A stretch of DNA of 64,000 nt. Origin: Gemmatimonadota bacterium. Lineage in GTDB: Bacteria > Gemmatimonadota > Gemmatimonadetes > JACCXV01 > JAHWKZ01. Location: contig JAWVZN010000004.1 of NCBI GenBank assembly GCA_033722155.1, positions 3,959 through 67,958 of the forward strand, in the 5' to 3' direction. The position numbers and the translations under genes were made by a program. Position 1 is the stretch's first letter. Each line of letters begins with the position of its first letter. The notes beneath the pieces were generated by a model. It was not told where the DNA came from. It made no database searches and was given only the letters and a program-made list of their open reading frames with translations. Below, piece after piece: positions 28,933 through 37,752 of the stretch.

Positions 28933-29881
28933 CCGGATCCCGAAACGTGCATCGCTGCGGATCGGGCTGCTCGTGCTCGTGGCGGGCGCGCTGGCGGCGT
29001 GCGGGAGAGGGCCCGAGCCGGCCCCGGAGACCGGGTTCGCGCCCGCGCTCGCCGAGAGCCTGGTGCACCGCCAGCTCGCCTTCGGCCCCAGGGTTCCGGG
29101 GACCGAGGCCCACGCCGCGGCGCTGGAGTGGATGGTGGGGTGGCTGGAGGAGCGGGCCGACGTGGTGGAGCCCCGGCCGTTCACCCACGTCACCGTCGCC
29201 GGGGACACCCTGGAGATGACGAACGTGTGGGCCCGCTTCGAGCCGGAGCGATCGGCCCGGATCCTGCTGTTGGCTCACTGGGACTCCCGTCCCGTCTCCG
29301 AGAAGGCGACCACCCTGGCGGCGCGGGACCAGCCGGTTCCGGGAGCGAACGACGGCGCCTCCGGGGTGGCGGTCCTGCTCGCCGTGGCCGACGTCCTGGC
29401 GGACGACCCGCCGGGGGTCGGCGTGGACATCCTGCTGACCGACGGCGAGGATTGGGGCTACGATCCGGAGACCCTCGAGACCGAGATCGATCGGATGCTC
29501 CTCGGCGCGCGCCACTTCGCCGAGACCGAAGGGGACACCTACCGGCCGCTCTTCGGCATCCTGCTCGACATGGTGGGGGATCGCGACCCTCGCTTCCCGA
29601 AGGAGGGCTTCAGCGTGCGCTTCGCCCCGGAGGTGGTGCAGCGCGTGTGGAACGTCGCCGACGAACTCGGCTACGGGGACGTGTTCGTGGAGTCGGTGGG
29701 CCGCTCCATCATGGACGACCACGTTCCGCTCAACCGGGCCGGGATCCGGACGATCAACGTGATCGACTTCGAGTATCCGTGGTGGCACACGCCCGAGGAC
29801 ACCGCCGACAAGATCTCCGCCCGGACCCTCGGGATGGTGGGCGACGTGGTGCTCACGGTGATCCGGAGGGCGGGCAGCTAG
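28919..29881 (+). CDS. M28 family Zn lipoprotein, glutaminyl-peptide cyclotransferase-like (start uncertain)
   Basis: Lipobox LAAC; motifs FGPRVPG, AHWDSRP, GANDGASG, DGED, ILLDMVG, DDH, WHT; first canonical start is GTG 28973, but the signal peptide extends upstream. Confidence 0.8.
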   Translation: MSCSDRIPKRASLRIGLLVLVAGALAACGRGPEPAPETGFAPALAESLVHRQLAFGPRVPGTEAHAAALEWMVGWLEERADVVEPRPFTHVTVAGDTLEMTNVWARFEPERSARILLLAHWDSRPVSEKATTLAARDQPVPGANDGASGVAVLLAVADVLADDPPGVGVDILLTDGEDWGYDPETLETEIDRMLLGARHFAETEGDTYRPLFGILLDMVGDRDPRFPKEGFSVRFAPEVVQRVWNVADELGYGDVFVESVGRSIMDDHVPLNRAGIRTINVIDFEYPWWHTPEDTADKISARTLGMVGDVVLTVIRRAGS

Positions 29882-29911
29882 GAGCCCCCGGGCGGGTCTC
29901 GGGCGATTCCA

Positions 29912-30835
29912 TCATCCGCTCCCGGAGCGGACCTCCTCGAGACGATCGATCGGATCCGAAAGCGAGCGGGCGTGCCGGCGCATCCCCTTCCACGGGTCCT
30001 CCATCTGGCCGAGTCGCTGGAACACGTTCTCCACCGTGTAGGCGTCGCCGCTCAGGTCGGGATCGTCGAGCTCGTCCCACGCGAGCGGGCACGCCACGGG
30101 CGCGCCCGGACGGGGGCGGACCGCGTAGGGAGGGACCGCGGTCTGGGCGTAGGAGTTGCGCAGGTAGTCGAGGAAGAGGCGCCCCCCGCGCTTCTCCTTC
30201 CGCTGCTCGGTCGTCAGGCGGTCGGGCTCGCGATCGGCGAGCTCGTCGGCGACCCCGTGGGCGAAGTCCCGCACGGTGTCGAACCCGGCGCTCCGGTCCA
30301 GCGGCACGATCACGTGGAGGCCCCGCCCCCCGGTCGTCATCACCCAGGGGTCGAGGCCGAGGTCGATCAGGAACTCGCGGATCGTCCGCGCGCCGTGGAG
30401 CACCGCGCCGAAGTCACCCTCGGGAGGATCGAGATCGAAGATCAGCTTGTCGGGGTGGTGGAGGCGGTCGGTCCGGGAGAGCCACACGTGGGGGGTGATC
30501 ACCGCCTGGTTGGCGAGGTAGACGAGGGTTGCGGCGTTGCCGCACACCACGTGGGTCACCGTCCCGCCCTCCTTCTCGACGGTGACCCGCCCGATCCAGT
30601 CGGGAAAGTAGTCGGGCGTCTCCTTCTGGTAGAAGCCGTCCTCCTCGATCCCGTCGGGGTGGCGCACCATCACCACCGGCCGCTCCTCGAGGTAGGGGAC
30701 CATGGTGTCGGCGATCTCGCGGTAGTAGTCGACGAGATCCCCCTTGGTGATCCCCGCGTCGGGAAAGAGCACCTTGTCGCGGTTCGAGATCTCGACCGTG
30801 TAGCGGCCGAACCGGAGGGTATCGGAACCGCTCAC
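29912..30835 (-). CDS. stand-alone LigD polymerase (PrimPol) domain protein
   Basis: GTG 30835; SNRDKVLFP, FYQK, FDLDP, TTGGRGLHV, DYLRN. Confidence 0.9.
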   Translation of the reverse strand: MSGSDTLRFGRYTVEISNRDKVLFPDAGITKGDLVDYYREIADTMVPYLEERPVVMVRHPDGIEEDGFYQKETPDYFPDWIGRVTVEKEGGTVTHVVCGNAATLVYLANQAVITPHVWLSRTDRLHHPDKLIFDLDPPEGDFGAVLHGARTIREFLIDLGLDPWVMTTGGRGLHVIVPLDRSAGFDTVRDFAHGVADELADREPDRLTTEQRKEKRGGRLFLDYLRNSYAQTAVPPYAVRPRPGAPVACPLAWDELDDPDLSGDAYTVENVFQRLGQMEDPWKGMRRHARSLSDPIDRLEEVRSGSG

Positions 30836-31836
30836 GACGGCTGCTCCCGCTCGACGTTCCCGGGCTCCTTGTCGTGTCGGAGGCCGATGTAGCGGGGGTG
30901 GCGCAGCCTCCCCTCTTCGGTCCACTCGGTGAACCCCACCTCGCACACGAGCTTCGGGGTCACCCAGTGGGTGTCCTTCTCCGACGGCTCCCCCCGATCG
31001 AACGGGGGGGTCTTCCGCTCGATCGACTCCAGGCGGTCGGAGAGGTCCTCGAGGGTCTCGTCGTCGTAGCCGGTTCCGACCTTGCCGGCGTACACGAGGT
31101 CGCCGTTCTCGTAGTAGCCGATCAGCAGCGCCCCGAAGCCGATCCGCTCGCCCTCGGGCTCGGTCCAGCCCCCGATCACGAACTCCTGGCGGCTCACGCA
31201 CTTGAACTTGAGCCAGTCGCGCGAGCGGCCGTGAACGTAGGCGCTGCTGGCGTCCTTCGCGATCACCCCCTCCCACCCTTCGGCGCACGCCTCCTCCAGG
31301 AACGCCTCGCCCTCCTCGTTGCGGTGGAGGGTGTAGCGGATCGGGTCGGCGAACGCGAACGCGCTCTTCAGCACCGCCTTGCGGTGACGCAGCTCGATCC
31401 CGGTCACGTCGCGGCCGTCGAGGTGGAGCAGGTCGAAGACGTAGTAGAAGACGTCGACCCCGGTGGTCCGCGCCTTCTCGGGGTCCTCCACGTTCATCCT
31501 CGCCTGGAGCCTCTCGAAGCTCGTGAGATCGCCCTCGAAGGCGACCACCTCGCCATCGAGCACCGCGTCGAGGGTGACGATCTCCTCGAGGCCCTCCGCG
31601 ATCTCGGGGTAGGTGTCGGTGCGGTTCTTCTCGTTGCGGGTCATCAGCCGGGCCTCGCCGGCCTCGCAGAAGGCGAGCAGGCGCACCCCGTCGAGCTTCC
31701 GCTCGTAGATCCAGTCGGGGTCGGAGAACGCCTCGTCCACCAGGGTGGCGAGCATCGGGCTCTCGAAGCCCGGGAAGCCCTCCTCTCCGAGCGCCTCGCG
31801 GGCCTCCTCGGGGATCGCGTCGAAGGGGTCGCTCAC
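30832..31836 (-). CDS. stand-alone LigD-type ATP-dependent DNA ligase
   Basis: GTG 31836; PMLATL, ERKLDGVR, FDLL, EGVIAK, WLKFK, LRHP. Confidence 0.9.
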   Translation of the reverse strand: MSDPFDAIPEEAREALGEEGFPGFESPMLATLVDEAFSDPDWIYERKLDGVRLLAFCEAGEARLMTRNEKNRTDTYPEIAEGLEEIVTLDAVLDGEVVAFEGDLTSFERLQARMNVEDPEKARTTGVDVFYYVFDLLHLDGRDVTGIELRHRKAVLKSAFAFADPIRYTLHRNEEGEAFLEEACAEGWEGVIAKDASSAYVHGRSRDWLKFKCVSRQEFVIGGWTEPEGERIGFGALLIGYYENGDLVYAGKVGTGYDDETLEDLSDRLESIERKTPPFDRGEPSEKDTHWVTPKLVCEVGFTEWTEEGRLRHPRYIGLRHDKEPGNVEREQPS

Positions 31837-32429
31837 GACCCGTCGCCCTCCTCCTCGGCGATCTCCTCCAGGCTGCGTCCCGTCTTCACCGAGTCCGGCT
31901 CGGTGGAGACGGGGTTCCGGCGGGCGTCGGCCTCCTCGTCGTCCATCTTCACCAGCAGCCACCGCTCGTCGTCGCCCGATCCGATCCGGGTCAAGGCGTA
32001 GCCGCCCGAGATCTTCTCGCCCTCGAGCCGGAACGACGCGTGGCCGTCCTCCAACGCCTCCGCCATCGGCTTCTCCCCGCCGTCGTCGTCTTCGGTGAGG
32101 TTCTCGTAGGTCCCGGTGTCCCACACCATCACGGTCCCGGCCCCGTACTCGCCGTCGGGAATCACCCCCTCGAAGTCGATGTAGTCGAGCGGGTGGTCCT
32201 CGGTGGGCCGGGCGAGCCGTTTCTCGCTCGGGTCGGTGGAGGGGCCCTTCGGCACCGCCCACGATACGAGCACCCCGTCCACTTCGAGGCGAAAGTCGTA
32301 ATGGAGGCTCGAGGCGTCGTGCTTCTGGATCACCCACCGACGATCGTTCCCGTCGCTCCCGTCCGCGTCGGGCTCGGGGGTCTTCCGGAAGTCCCGCTTC
32401 TGGCGGTACTCGTCGAGGGATCCGCGCAT
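31833..32429 (-). CDS. stand-alone LigD 3'-phosphoesterase domain protein
   Basis: ATG 32429; YRQKRDFRKTPEP, QKHDASSLHYDFRLE, SWAVPKGPS, EDHPLDY. Confidence 0.9.
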   Translation of the reverse strand: MRGSLDEYRQKRDFRKTPEPDADGSDGNDRRWVIQKHDASSLHYDFRLEVDGVLVSWAVPKGPSTDPSEKRLARPTEDHPLDYIDFEGVIPDGEYGAGTVMVWDTGTYENLTEDDDGGEKPMAEALEDGHASFRLEGEKISGGYALTRIGSGDDERWLLVKMDDEEADARRNPVSTEPDSVKTGRSLEEIAEEEGDGS

Positions 32430-32507
32430 CGATCGTCCTCTCGGGGGGAGCGATCGCCGGGCCGGCGAGAGCCGACCGGCACGAGACTTGAAAAGGGTAA
32501 AGGGGCG

Positions 32508-33254
32508 ATGATCGGATCGGCTGTCGACTGTCTGACACGCGCGCGTCGCCGCGCGGAGGCGCTCGCCCCGCTGGAGAGAAAGGCGGTGGTGGTCGCGGCC
32601 GCGGCGTGGCTCTCGGGAGCCGCGATCGGATGGACCGGAGCCGACGCCGCGCTCGCCGCCTGGTCGCAGAGGAGGCTCCACCCCCCGCTTCCGAGCGTGT
32701 CCGAGCTCGCCTCGCGCCTGCCCGACGGCGATCCGAGGGTGGAGTGGTACCGGGCCGGGCTGGCGCTTCGCGAGGAGCTCGCCCGGGCGCGGTCCGGTCC
32801 CGCCCCCATCGATCCCAACGTCGCCGACCGGGCCGACTGGGATCGCCTTCCGGGGATCGGGCCCCGGATCGCGGAAGCGATCCTCGCCCACCGGGACGCG
32901 CGCGGGCCCTTCCGAGGACCGGACGACCTGCTGGCGGTGAAGGGGATCGGCCCGGCCCGGATGGCGAAGATCGCCCCGTGGCTCCGGTGGAAGGAGGCCC
33001 CGGCCGGCGGGCGGCGGCTTCCGGACCTCAACCGGGTCGACGAACCGTTCCTGACGGCGCTCTCCGGCATTGGTCCGCATCTTGCAAGCTCTATCGTGCG
33101 AGAACGCCGCGGCCTTCATGGCTTTCGAAGCTGGGCCGACGTCGAGGCGATCGACGGCATCGGCGACGTCCGGTTGCGCGTTCTGCAAGAGGCCACGCGG
33201 CTCGCGCAATCGCGTTCGACGACCACGTCCACCATCGATCGAGAGGACCGATGA
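32508..33254 (+). CDS. comEA: ComEA family membrane-anchored DNA-binding protein with two (HhH)2 modules
   Basis: N-terminal hydrophobic segment; LPGIGP..A..I/VKGIGP and LSGIGP/IDGIGD helix-hairpin-helix motifs; stop overlaps the pilB ATG. Confidence 0.8.
   Translation: MIGSAVDCLTRARRRAEALAPLERKAVVVAAAAWLSGAAIGWTGADAALAAWSQRRLHPPLPSVSELASRLPDGDPRVEWYRAGLALREELARARSGPAPIDPNVADRADWDRLPGIGPRIAEAILAHRDARGPFRGPDDLLAVKGIGPARMAKIAPWLRWKEAPAGGRRLPDLNRVDEPFLTALSGIGPHLASSIVRERRGLHGFRSWADVEAIDGIGDVRLRVLQEATRLAQSRSTTTSTIDREDR
33071..33086 (+). promoter_or_regulatory. putative sigma-54 promoter for pilB-pilT-pilC, inside comEA
   Basis: TGGTCCGCATCTTGCA (GG-N10-GC) in a locally AT-richer codon stretch, about 165 nt before pilB. 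Confidence 0.5.
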
Positions 33255-35065
33255 ACCAGCCCGCCAGCGCCGAGCAGGAGATCGCCGCGCGAGAGGAGGA
33301 AACGACGCCGGAGGAGCTCCGGGGGAGGGGGGCCCGGGCGAAGGACGAGGACCGGGAGCGGTACGGTGAGGGGCTCAACATCCCGGCCATGCTGCTCCAG
33401 GAGGGATTCGTCACCTCGGAGCAGATCTCCAAGGCGCACGCCCGACAGAAGACGAACGGCCACAAGCTCGGCTACAACCTGATCGAGCTCGGCTACGTCG
33501 ACGCGAAGACGATCACGCGGATGCTCGAGCGGCAGTTCCGGATTCCCGGAGTCGAACTCGACGCCATCGACGTCGATCCCACCGCCCTGAAACTGATCCC
33601 CGTGGAGATCGCCCGGAAGTACGAGGTCTTCCCGGTGCGGCGGAACGGCAACACCATCGTCCTCGCGATGGGCGATCCCACCGACTGGACGGTCGTCGAC
33701 GATCTCAAGTTCCTCACCGGCTACGAGATCGAGCCGGTGGTCGCCGACGAGTACTCCATCATCCACGCGATCGGCAGTCACTACGAGGCCGAGGGCGAGG
33801 GCGCCTACCAGCAGCTCCTCGAGAACCTGGACGAGTTCGAGATGGAGGTCGTCGAGGAGGAGGAAGAGGAGGAGGACGTCAACGTCCTCGCCGCTCAGGT
33901 CGAGGCGGCTCCGGTCGTGAAGTTCATCAACTCGCTGCTCGCCGACGCGGTACAGCGGGGGGCCAGCGACATCCACATCGAACCATACGAGGACGAGCTC
34001 CGGATCCGGTACCGGATCGACGGGGTCCTTCGCGAGATGCTCGACCCTCCCGTGCGCATGAAGGCCGCGATCATCTCCCGGCTCAAGATCCTCGCCGACC
34101 TCAACATCGCCGAGCGGCGGGTGCCGCAGGACGGTCGCATCAAGATGAAAATGGCGAACCGGGTGATCGATTTCCGCGTCTCCACGCTGCCGACCCTGTT
34201 CGGCGAGAAGATCGTGCTCCGGATCCTCGACAAGAGCGCGCTCACCCTCGATCTGGAGAAGCTGGGCTTCCCCAAGGCGTCCCTCCGGACGTTCCTCAAG
34301 GCGATCGAGGCGCCGTACGGGATCGTCCTCGTGACCGGGCCCACCGGCTCGGGGAAGACGACCACGCTCTACTCGGCCCTGACACGGCTGAACCAGCCGC
34401 GGGTCAACATCATGACCGCCGAGGATCCGGTCGAGTACAACCTGCAGGGGATCAACCAGGTGCAGGTGAACGAGGAGGTGGGGCTCGACTTCGCCTCCAG
34501 CCTTCGCGCCTTCCTGCGGCAAGACCCGAACATCGTCATGGTCGGGGAGATCCGGGACTACGATACCGGCTCGATCGCGATCAAGGCGGCGCTGACCGGC
34601 CACCTCGTCCTCTCGACGATCCACACCAACGACGCCCCCTCGACGGTCAACCGGATGGTCGACATGGGACTGCAGTCCTTCCTGGTGGCGAGCGCGCTCA
34701 ACTGCGTGGTGGCCCAGCGGCTGGTCCGGCGGATCTGCTCCCACTGCAAGGCGCCCCGGCCCTATCCGCCCGAGGCCCTGGAGGAGGCCGGCTTCGAGGG
34801 GGAGGACCTGGAGCGGGTGTACTACGAGGGCGAAGGGTGCACCGAATGCGACGATTCGGGATACAGGGGCCGGATCGGGATCTACGAGGTGATGCCGATC
34901 ACCAGCGCGATGAAACAGCTGATCACCAACCAGGCCTCGACCGAGGAGATCCGCGCCCGGGCCGCCGAGGACGGGATGATCACGTTGCGGAAGGACGGCA
35001 AGCGGAAGATGCGCGAAGGGATCACCACGCTCGACGAGGTGCTCCGGGAGACGAGCCTCTCGTGA
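33251..35065 (+). CDS. pilB: type IV pilus assembly ATPase PilB
   Basis: ASDIHIEP, RRVPQDG, GPTGSGKTTT, LRQDP, tetra-Cys CSHC/CTEC. Confidence 0.95.
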   Translation: MNQPASAEQEIAAREEETTPEELRGRGARAKDEDRERYGEGLNIPAMLLQEGFVTSEQISKAHARQKTNGHKLGYNLIELGYVDAKTITRMLERQFRIPGVELDAIDVDPTALKLIPVEIARKYEVFPVRRNGNTIVLAMGDPTDWTVVDDLKFLTGYEIEPVVADEYSIIHAIGSHYEAEGEGAYQQLLENLDEFEMEVVEEEEEEEDVNVLAAQVEAAPVVKFINSLLADAVQRGASDIHIEPYEDELRIRYRIDGVLREMLDPPVRMKAAIISRLKILADLNIAERRVPQDGRIKMKMANRVIDFRVSTLPTLFGEKIVLRILDKSALTLDLEKLGFPKASLRTFLKAIEAPYGIVLVTGPTGSGKTTTLYSALTRLNQPRVNIMTAEDPVEYNLQGINQVQVNEEVGLDFASSLRAFLRQDPNIVMVGEIRDYDTGSIAIKAALTGHLVLSTIHTNDAPSTVNRMVDMGLQSFLVASALNCVVAQRLVRRICSHCKAPRPYPPEALEEAGFEGEDLERVYYEGEGCTECDDSGYRGRIGIYEVMPITSAMKQLITNQASTEEIRARAAEDGMITLRKDGKRKMREGITTLDEVLRETSLS

Positions 35066-35102
35066 TCGTCTTCGAGCGCGCAAGTCGAGAACCGAGAACT
35101 CC

Positions 35103-36251
35103 ATGCGGGAGAACGAGATGACCGACATCGCTCGAGCCACCGCCCCCGAAGCGGAGACGTCGTCCCGGAAGCCGAGCGTCCGAGCGCTCCTCGAAGAGCT
35201 CGTCGCGGCCGACGCCTCCGACCTCCACCTCACCGTGGGCCAGCCGCCCAAGCTGCGGGTGGACGGCGTGCTGCAGGACAGCGAAACGTGGGACGGGAAG
35301 CTCACTCCGAAGGACACCACCGAGCTCGCCTACAGCCTCCTGACCGAGAAGCAGAAGCGGGCCTTCGAGGTGGAGGACGAGCTCGACTTCTCCTTCGGCG
35401 TGACCCGGCTCTCCCGGTTCCGGGCCAACGTGTTCCGGCAGCGTGGCGCGGTCGCGCTGGCGGTGCGCCAGATCCCCTTCGAGATCCGCAGCTTCGACTC
35501 GCTCGGCTTGCCTCCGGTGGTGGAGTCCTTCGCCGACCGGCAGAACGGGATGGTGCTCGTCACCGGCTCGACCGGGATGGGAAAGTCGACCACCCTGGCT
35601 GCCCTCATCGACAAGGTCAACCGCACCAGGCGGAAGCACATCCTCACGATCGAGGACCCGATCGAGTTCGTCCACAACCATGGGAAGTGCATGGTGAATC
35701 AGCGGGAGGTCGGCTCGGACACCAAGAGCTTCGCCGACGCCCTCAAGTACGCGCTGCGCCAGGACCCGGACGTGGTCCTGGTGGGCGAGATGCGGGACCC
35801 GGAGACGATCGCGGCGGCGATCACGATGGCCGAGACGGGCCACCTCGTCTTCGCCACCCTCCACTCGAACTCCGCGTCGGAGACCATCAACAGGATCGTC
35901 GACGTCTTCCCCCACGAGCAGCAGCCGCAGATCCGGATCCAGCTCGCGGCGGTGCTGGAGGGCATCGTCGCCCAGCAGCTCGTCCCGAAGAAGAACGGGG
36001 GACGGGTGATGGCGGCCGAGGTCCTCGTGGTCACCTCCGCGGTCCGCGCGCTGGTCCGTGACGGCAAGACCCACCAGATCGTCTCCTCCATGCAGGCCGG
36101 CGGCAAACACGGGATGCAGACGATGAACCAGGCCCTGATCAAGATCTGGGAGGAGGGGCTCGTATCCAAGGACGTCATCCTGAACCACACCGAAGATCAT
36201 CAGGACCTGAACCGCCTGATCGTCCAGCACGAGAACGGCGGTGGCCGCTAG
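35103..36251 (+). CDS. pilT: type IV pilus retraction ATPase PilT
   Basis: ASDLHL, GSTGMGKST, TIEDPIE, LRQDPD, ETGHLVFATLH, AVRALVRDGK (AIRNLIRE-like), GMQTM. Confidence 0.93.
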   Translation: MRENEMTDIARATAPEAETSSRKPSVRALLEELVAADASDLHLTVGQPPKLRVDGVLQDSETWDGKLTPKDTTELAYSLLTEKQKRAFEVEDELDFSFGVTRLSRFRANVFRQRGAVALAVRQIPFEIRSFDSLGLPPVVESFADRQNGMVLVTGSTGMGKSTTLAALIDKVNRTRRKHILTIEDPIEFVHNHGKCMVNQREVGSDTKSFADALKYALRQDPDVVLVGEMRDPETIAAAITMAETGHLVFATLHSNSASETINRIVDVFPHEQQPQIRIQLAAVLEGIVAQQLVPKKNGGRVMAAEVLVVTSAVRALVRDGKTHQIVSSMQAGGKHGMQTMNQALIKIWEEGLVSKDVILNHTEDHQDLNRLIVQHENGGGR

Positions 36252-36261
36252 GAGGGAACGA

Positions 36262-37461
36262 ATGCCGACCTATCTCTACAAAGCGCAAACCGTCGGCGGT
36301 GAGGAGCAGACCGGCGAGATGAGCGCCGCCACCGAGGCGGACGTCGTCGGTCTGCTCCGGAAGCGGCGGCTCGTGGTGACGAGCGTCAAGGAGAAGCCCA
36401 GGGAGATCAACATCACCATCGGGAGGGGGTACAAGACGAAGGACCTCGTCCTGTTCACCCGGCAGTTCGCCACCATGATCAACGCCGGACTCCCTCTGGT
36501 ACAGTCGCTCGACATCCTCGCCAGCCAGCAGCCGAACGACAAGGTCGCAGAGAAGATCCGCGCGGTGCTGAACGACGTGGAGGCGGGCTCCACCCTCGCC
36601 GACGCGATGCGCCGCCACAGGGAGTTCTTCAGCGACGTGTACGTCAACATGGTCGCCGCCGGCGAGGCGGGCGGGATCCTCGACACGATCCTGCTCCGGC
36701 TGGCCGAATACCTCGAGGCGGCCGAGGCGCTGAAGCGGAAGGTGCGGGGCGCGATGTTCTATCCCGCCACCGTGATGGGCTTCGCGGTGATCGCGATCGC
36801 GGTGCTGCTGATGTTCGTGATCCCCACCTTCGCCGGCTTCTTCGAGAGTGCCGGCGTCGCGCTGCCCCTGCCGACCCGGATCGTGATGGGCCTCTCCGAC
36901 TTCATGGTCGGCTACTGGTGGGGGATCCTCGCCGTGATCGGCGTGGTCGCATACTTGATCCGATCCTACCGGCAGACCCCCCAGGGCAAGCGCTCCACCG
37001 ACCGCCTCCTGCTGAAGATGCCGGTGCTGGGCAACGTGATCCGGAAGGCGGCGATCGCCCGGTTCAGCCGGACGCTGGGGACGCTGGTCCAGAGTGGCGT
37101 GCCGATTCTCGAGGGACTCGAGATCACCGCCCGCACCGCCGGCAACAAGATCGTGGAGGAGGCGGTCATGGAGAGCCGGGTTTCGATCGCCGGAGGCGAG
37201 ACGATCGCCGAGCCGCTCAAGAAGAGCGACGTGTTCCCGCCCATGGTGATCCAGATGATCAACGTGGGCGAGCAGACCGGCGGCCTGGACGAGATGCTCG
37301 GCAAGATCGCCGACTTCTACGACGACGAGGTGGAGGCCGCGGTGAACGCGCTGACGAGCGTGATCGAACCGATCATGATCGTGTTCCTCGGGTTGGTCGT
37401 GGGCGGGATGGTTGTGGCGATGTATCTGCCGATCTTCGACATCATCCAGACCGTGGAGTAG
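36262..37461 (+). CDS. pilC: type IV pilus platform protein PilC
   Basis: FTRQFATMINAGLPL, AGEAGG, GEQTG, MYLPIF. Confidence 0.93.
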   Translation: MPTYLYKAQTVGGEEQTGEMSAATEADVVGLLRKRRLVVTSVKEKPREINITIGRGYKTKDLVLFTRQFATMINAGLPLVQSLDILASQQPNDKVAEKIRAVLNDVEAGSTLADAMRRHREFFSDVYVNMVAAGEAGGILDTILLRLAEYLEAAEALKRKVRGAMFYPATVMGFAVIAIAVLLMFVIPTFAGFFESAGVALPLPTRIVMGLSDFMVGYWWGILAVIGVVAYLIRSYRQTPQGKRSTDRLLLKMPVLGNVIRKAAIARFSRTLGTLVQSGVPILEGLEITARTAGNKIVEEAVMESRVSIAGGETIAEPLKKSDVFPPMVIQMINVGEQTGGLDEMLGKIADFYDDEVEAAVNALTSVIEPIMIVFLGLVVGGMVVAMYLPIFDIIQTVE

Positions 37462-37608
37462 GTCGGGGCGCCGGGCACCCGTCGAAGACGGGTCGCGGGC
37501 GATCTCGGCGCGAACCCTCCTCCGGGGGGCTGCGGCGTACATTAACACGTACGCCTCGCCCCCCTTTGTCGCGTTCACACCGATCTCGACCACTCTGCGC
37601 ACCCCGAT
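37462..37608 (-). ncRNA. candidate rod-shaped structured RNA (6S-like?)
   Basis: Nested inverted repeats 37462-71/37599-608, 37491-95/37587-91, 37505-14/37574-83, 37524-30/37558-64, 37534-40/37549-55; most mismatches become G-U pairs on the minus strand. Confidence 0.4.
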
Positions 37609-37752
37609 GCCGTTCTGCGCGGGGCGATCTCGCTGTTTCGCGCCCCTCTTCGCGCCTTCCGGGTCACGTTCCTTACGTCTCCTCTTCGTTTCTCCGCGTA
37701 GCGTGTTCGTAGTGGGTAGACATTCGCGGCATTCATCGTGGAGGTGGTCATC

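Noticed and set aside
23157-29208. Very long alternative-frame ORFs over sprA (23157..26546 +, 25318..29208 -)
   Set aside because: Arg/Pro/Gly-rich or antisense shadow frames caused by stop-codon scarcity in GC-rich DNA; no motifs
29912-32429. Split ligD as a frameshifted pseudogene
   Set aside because: Breaks fall at domain boundaries with GTGA overlaps and purine-rich SD-like sequences, and all catalytic motifs are intact
33251-37461. Type II secretion (GspE/GspF) interpretation
   Set aside because: Presence of pilT, pilMNOPQ, pilSR and a major pilin identifies a type IVa pilus
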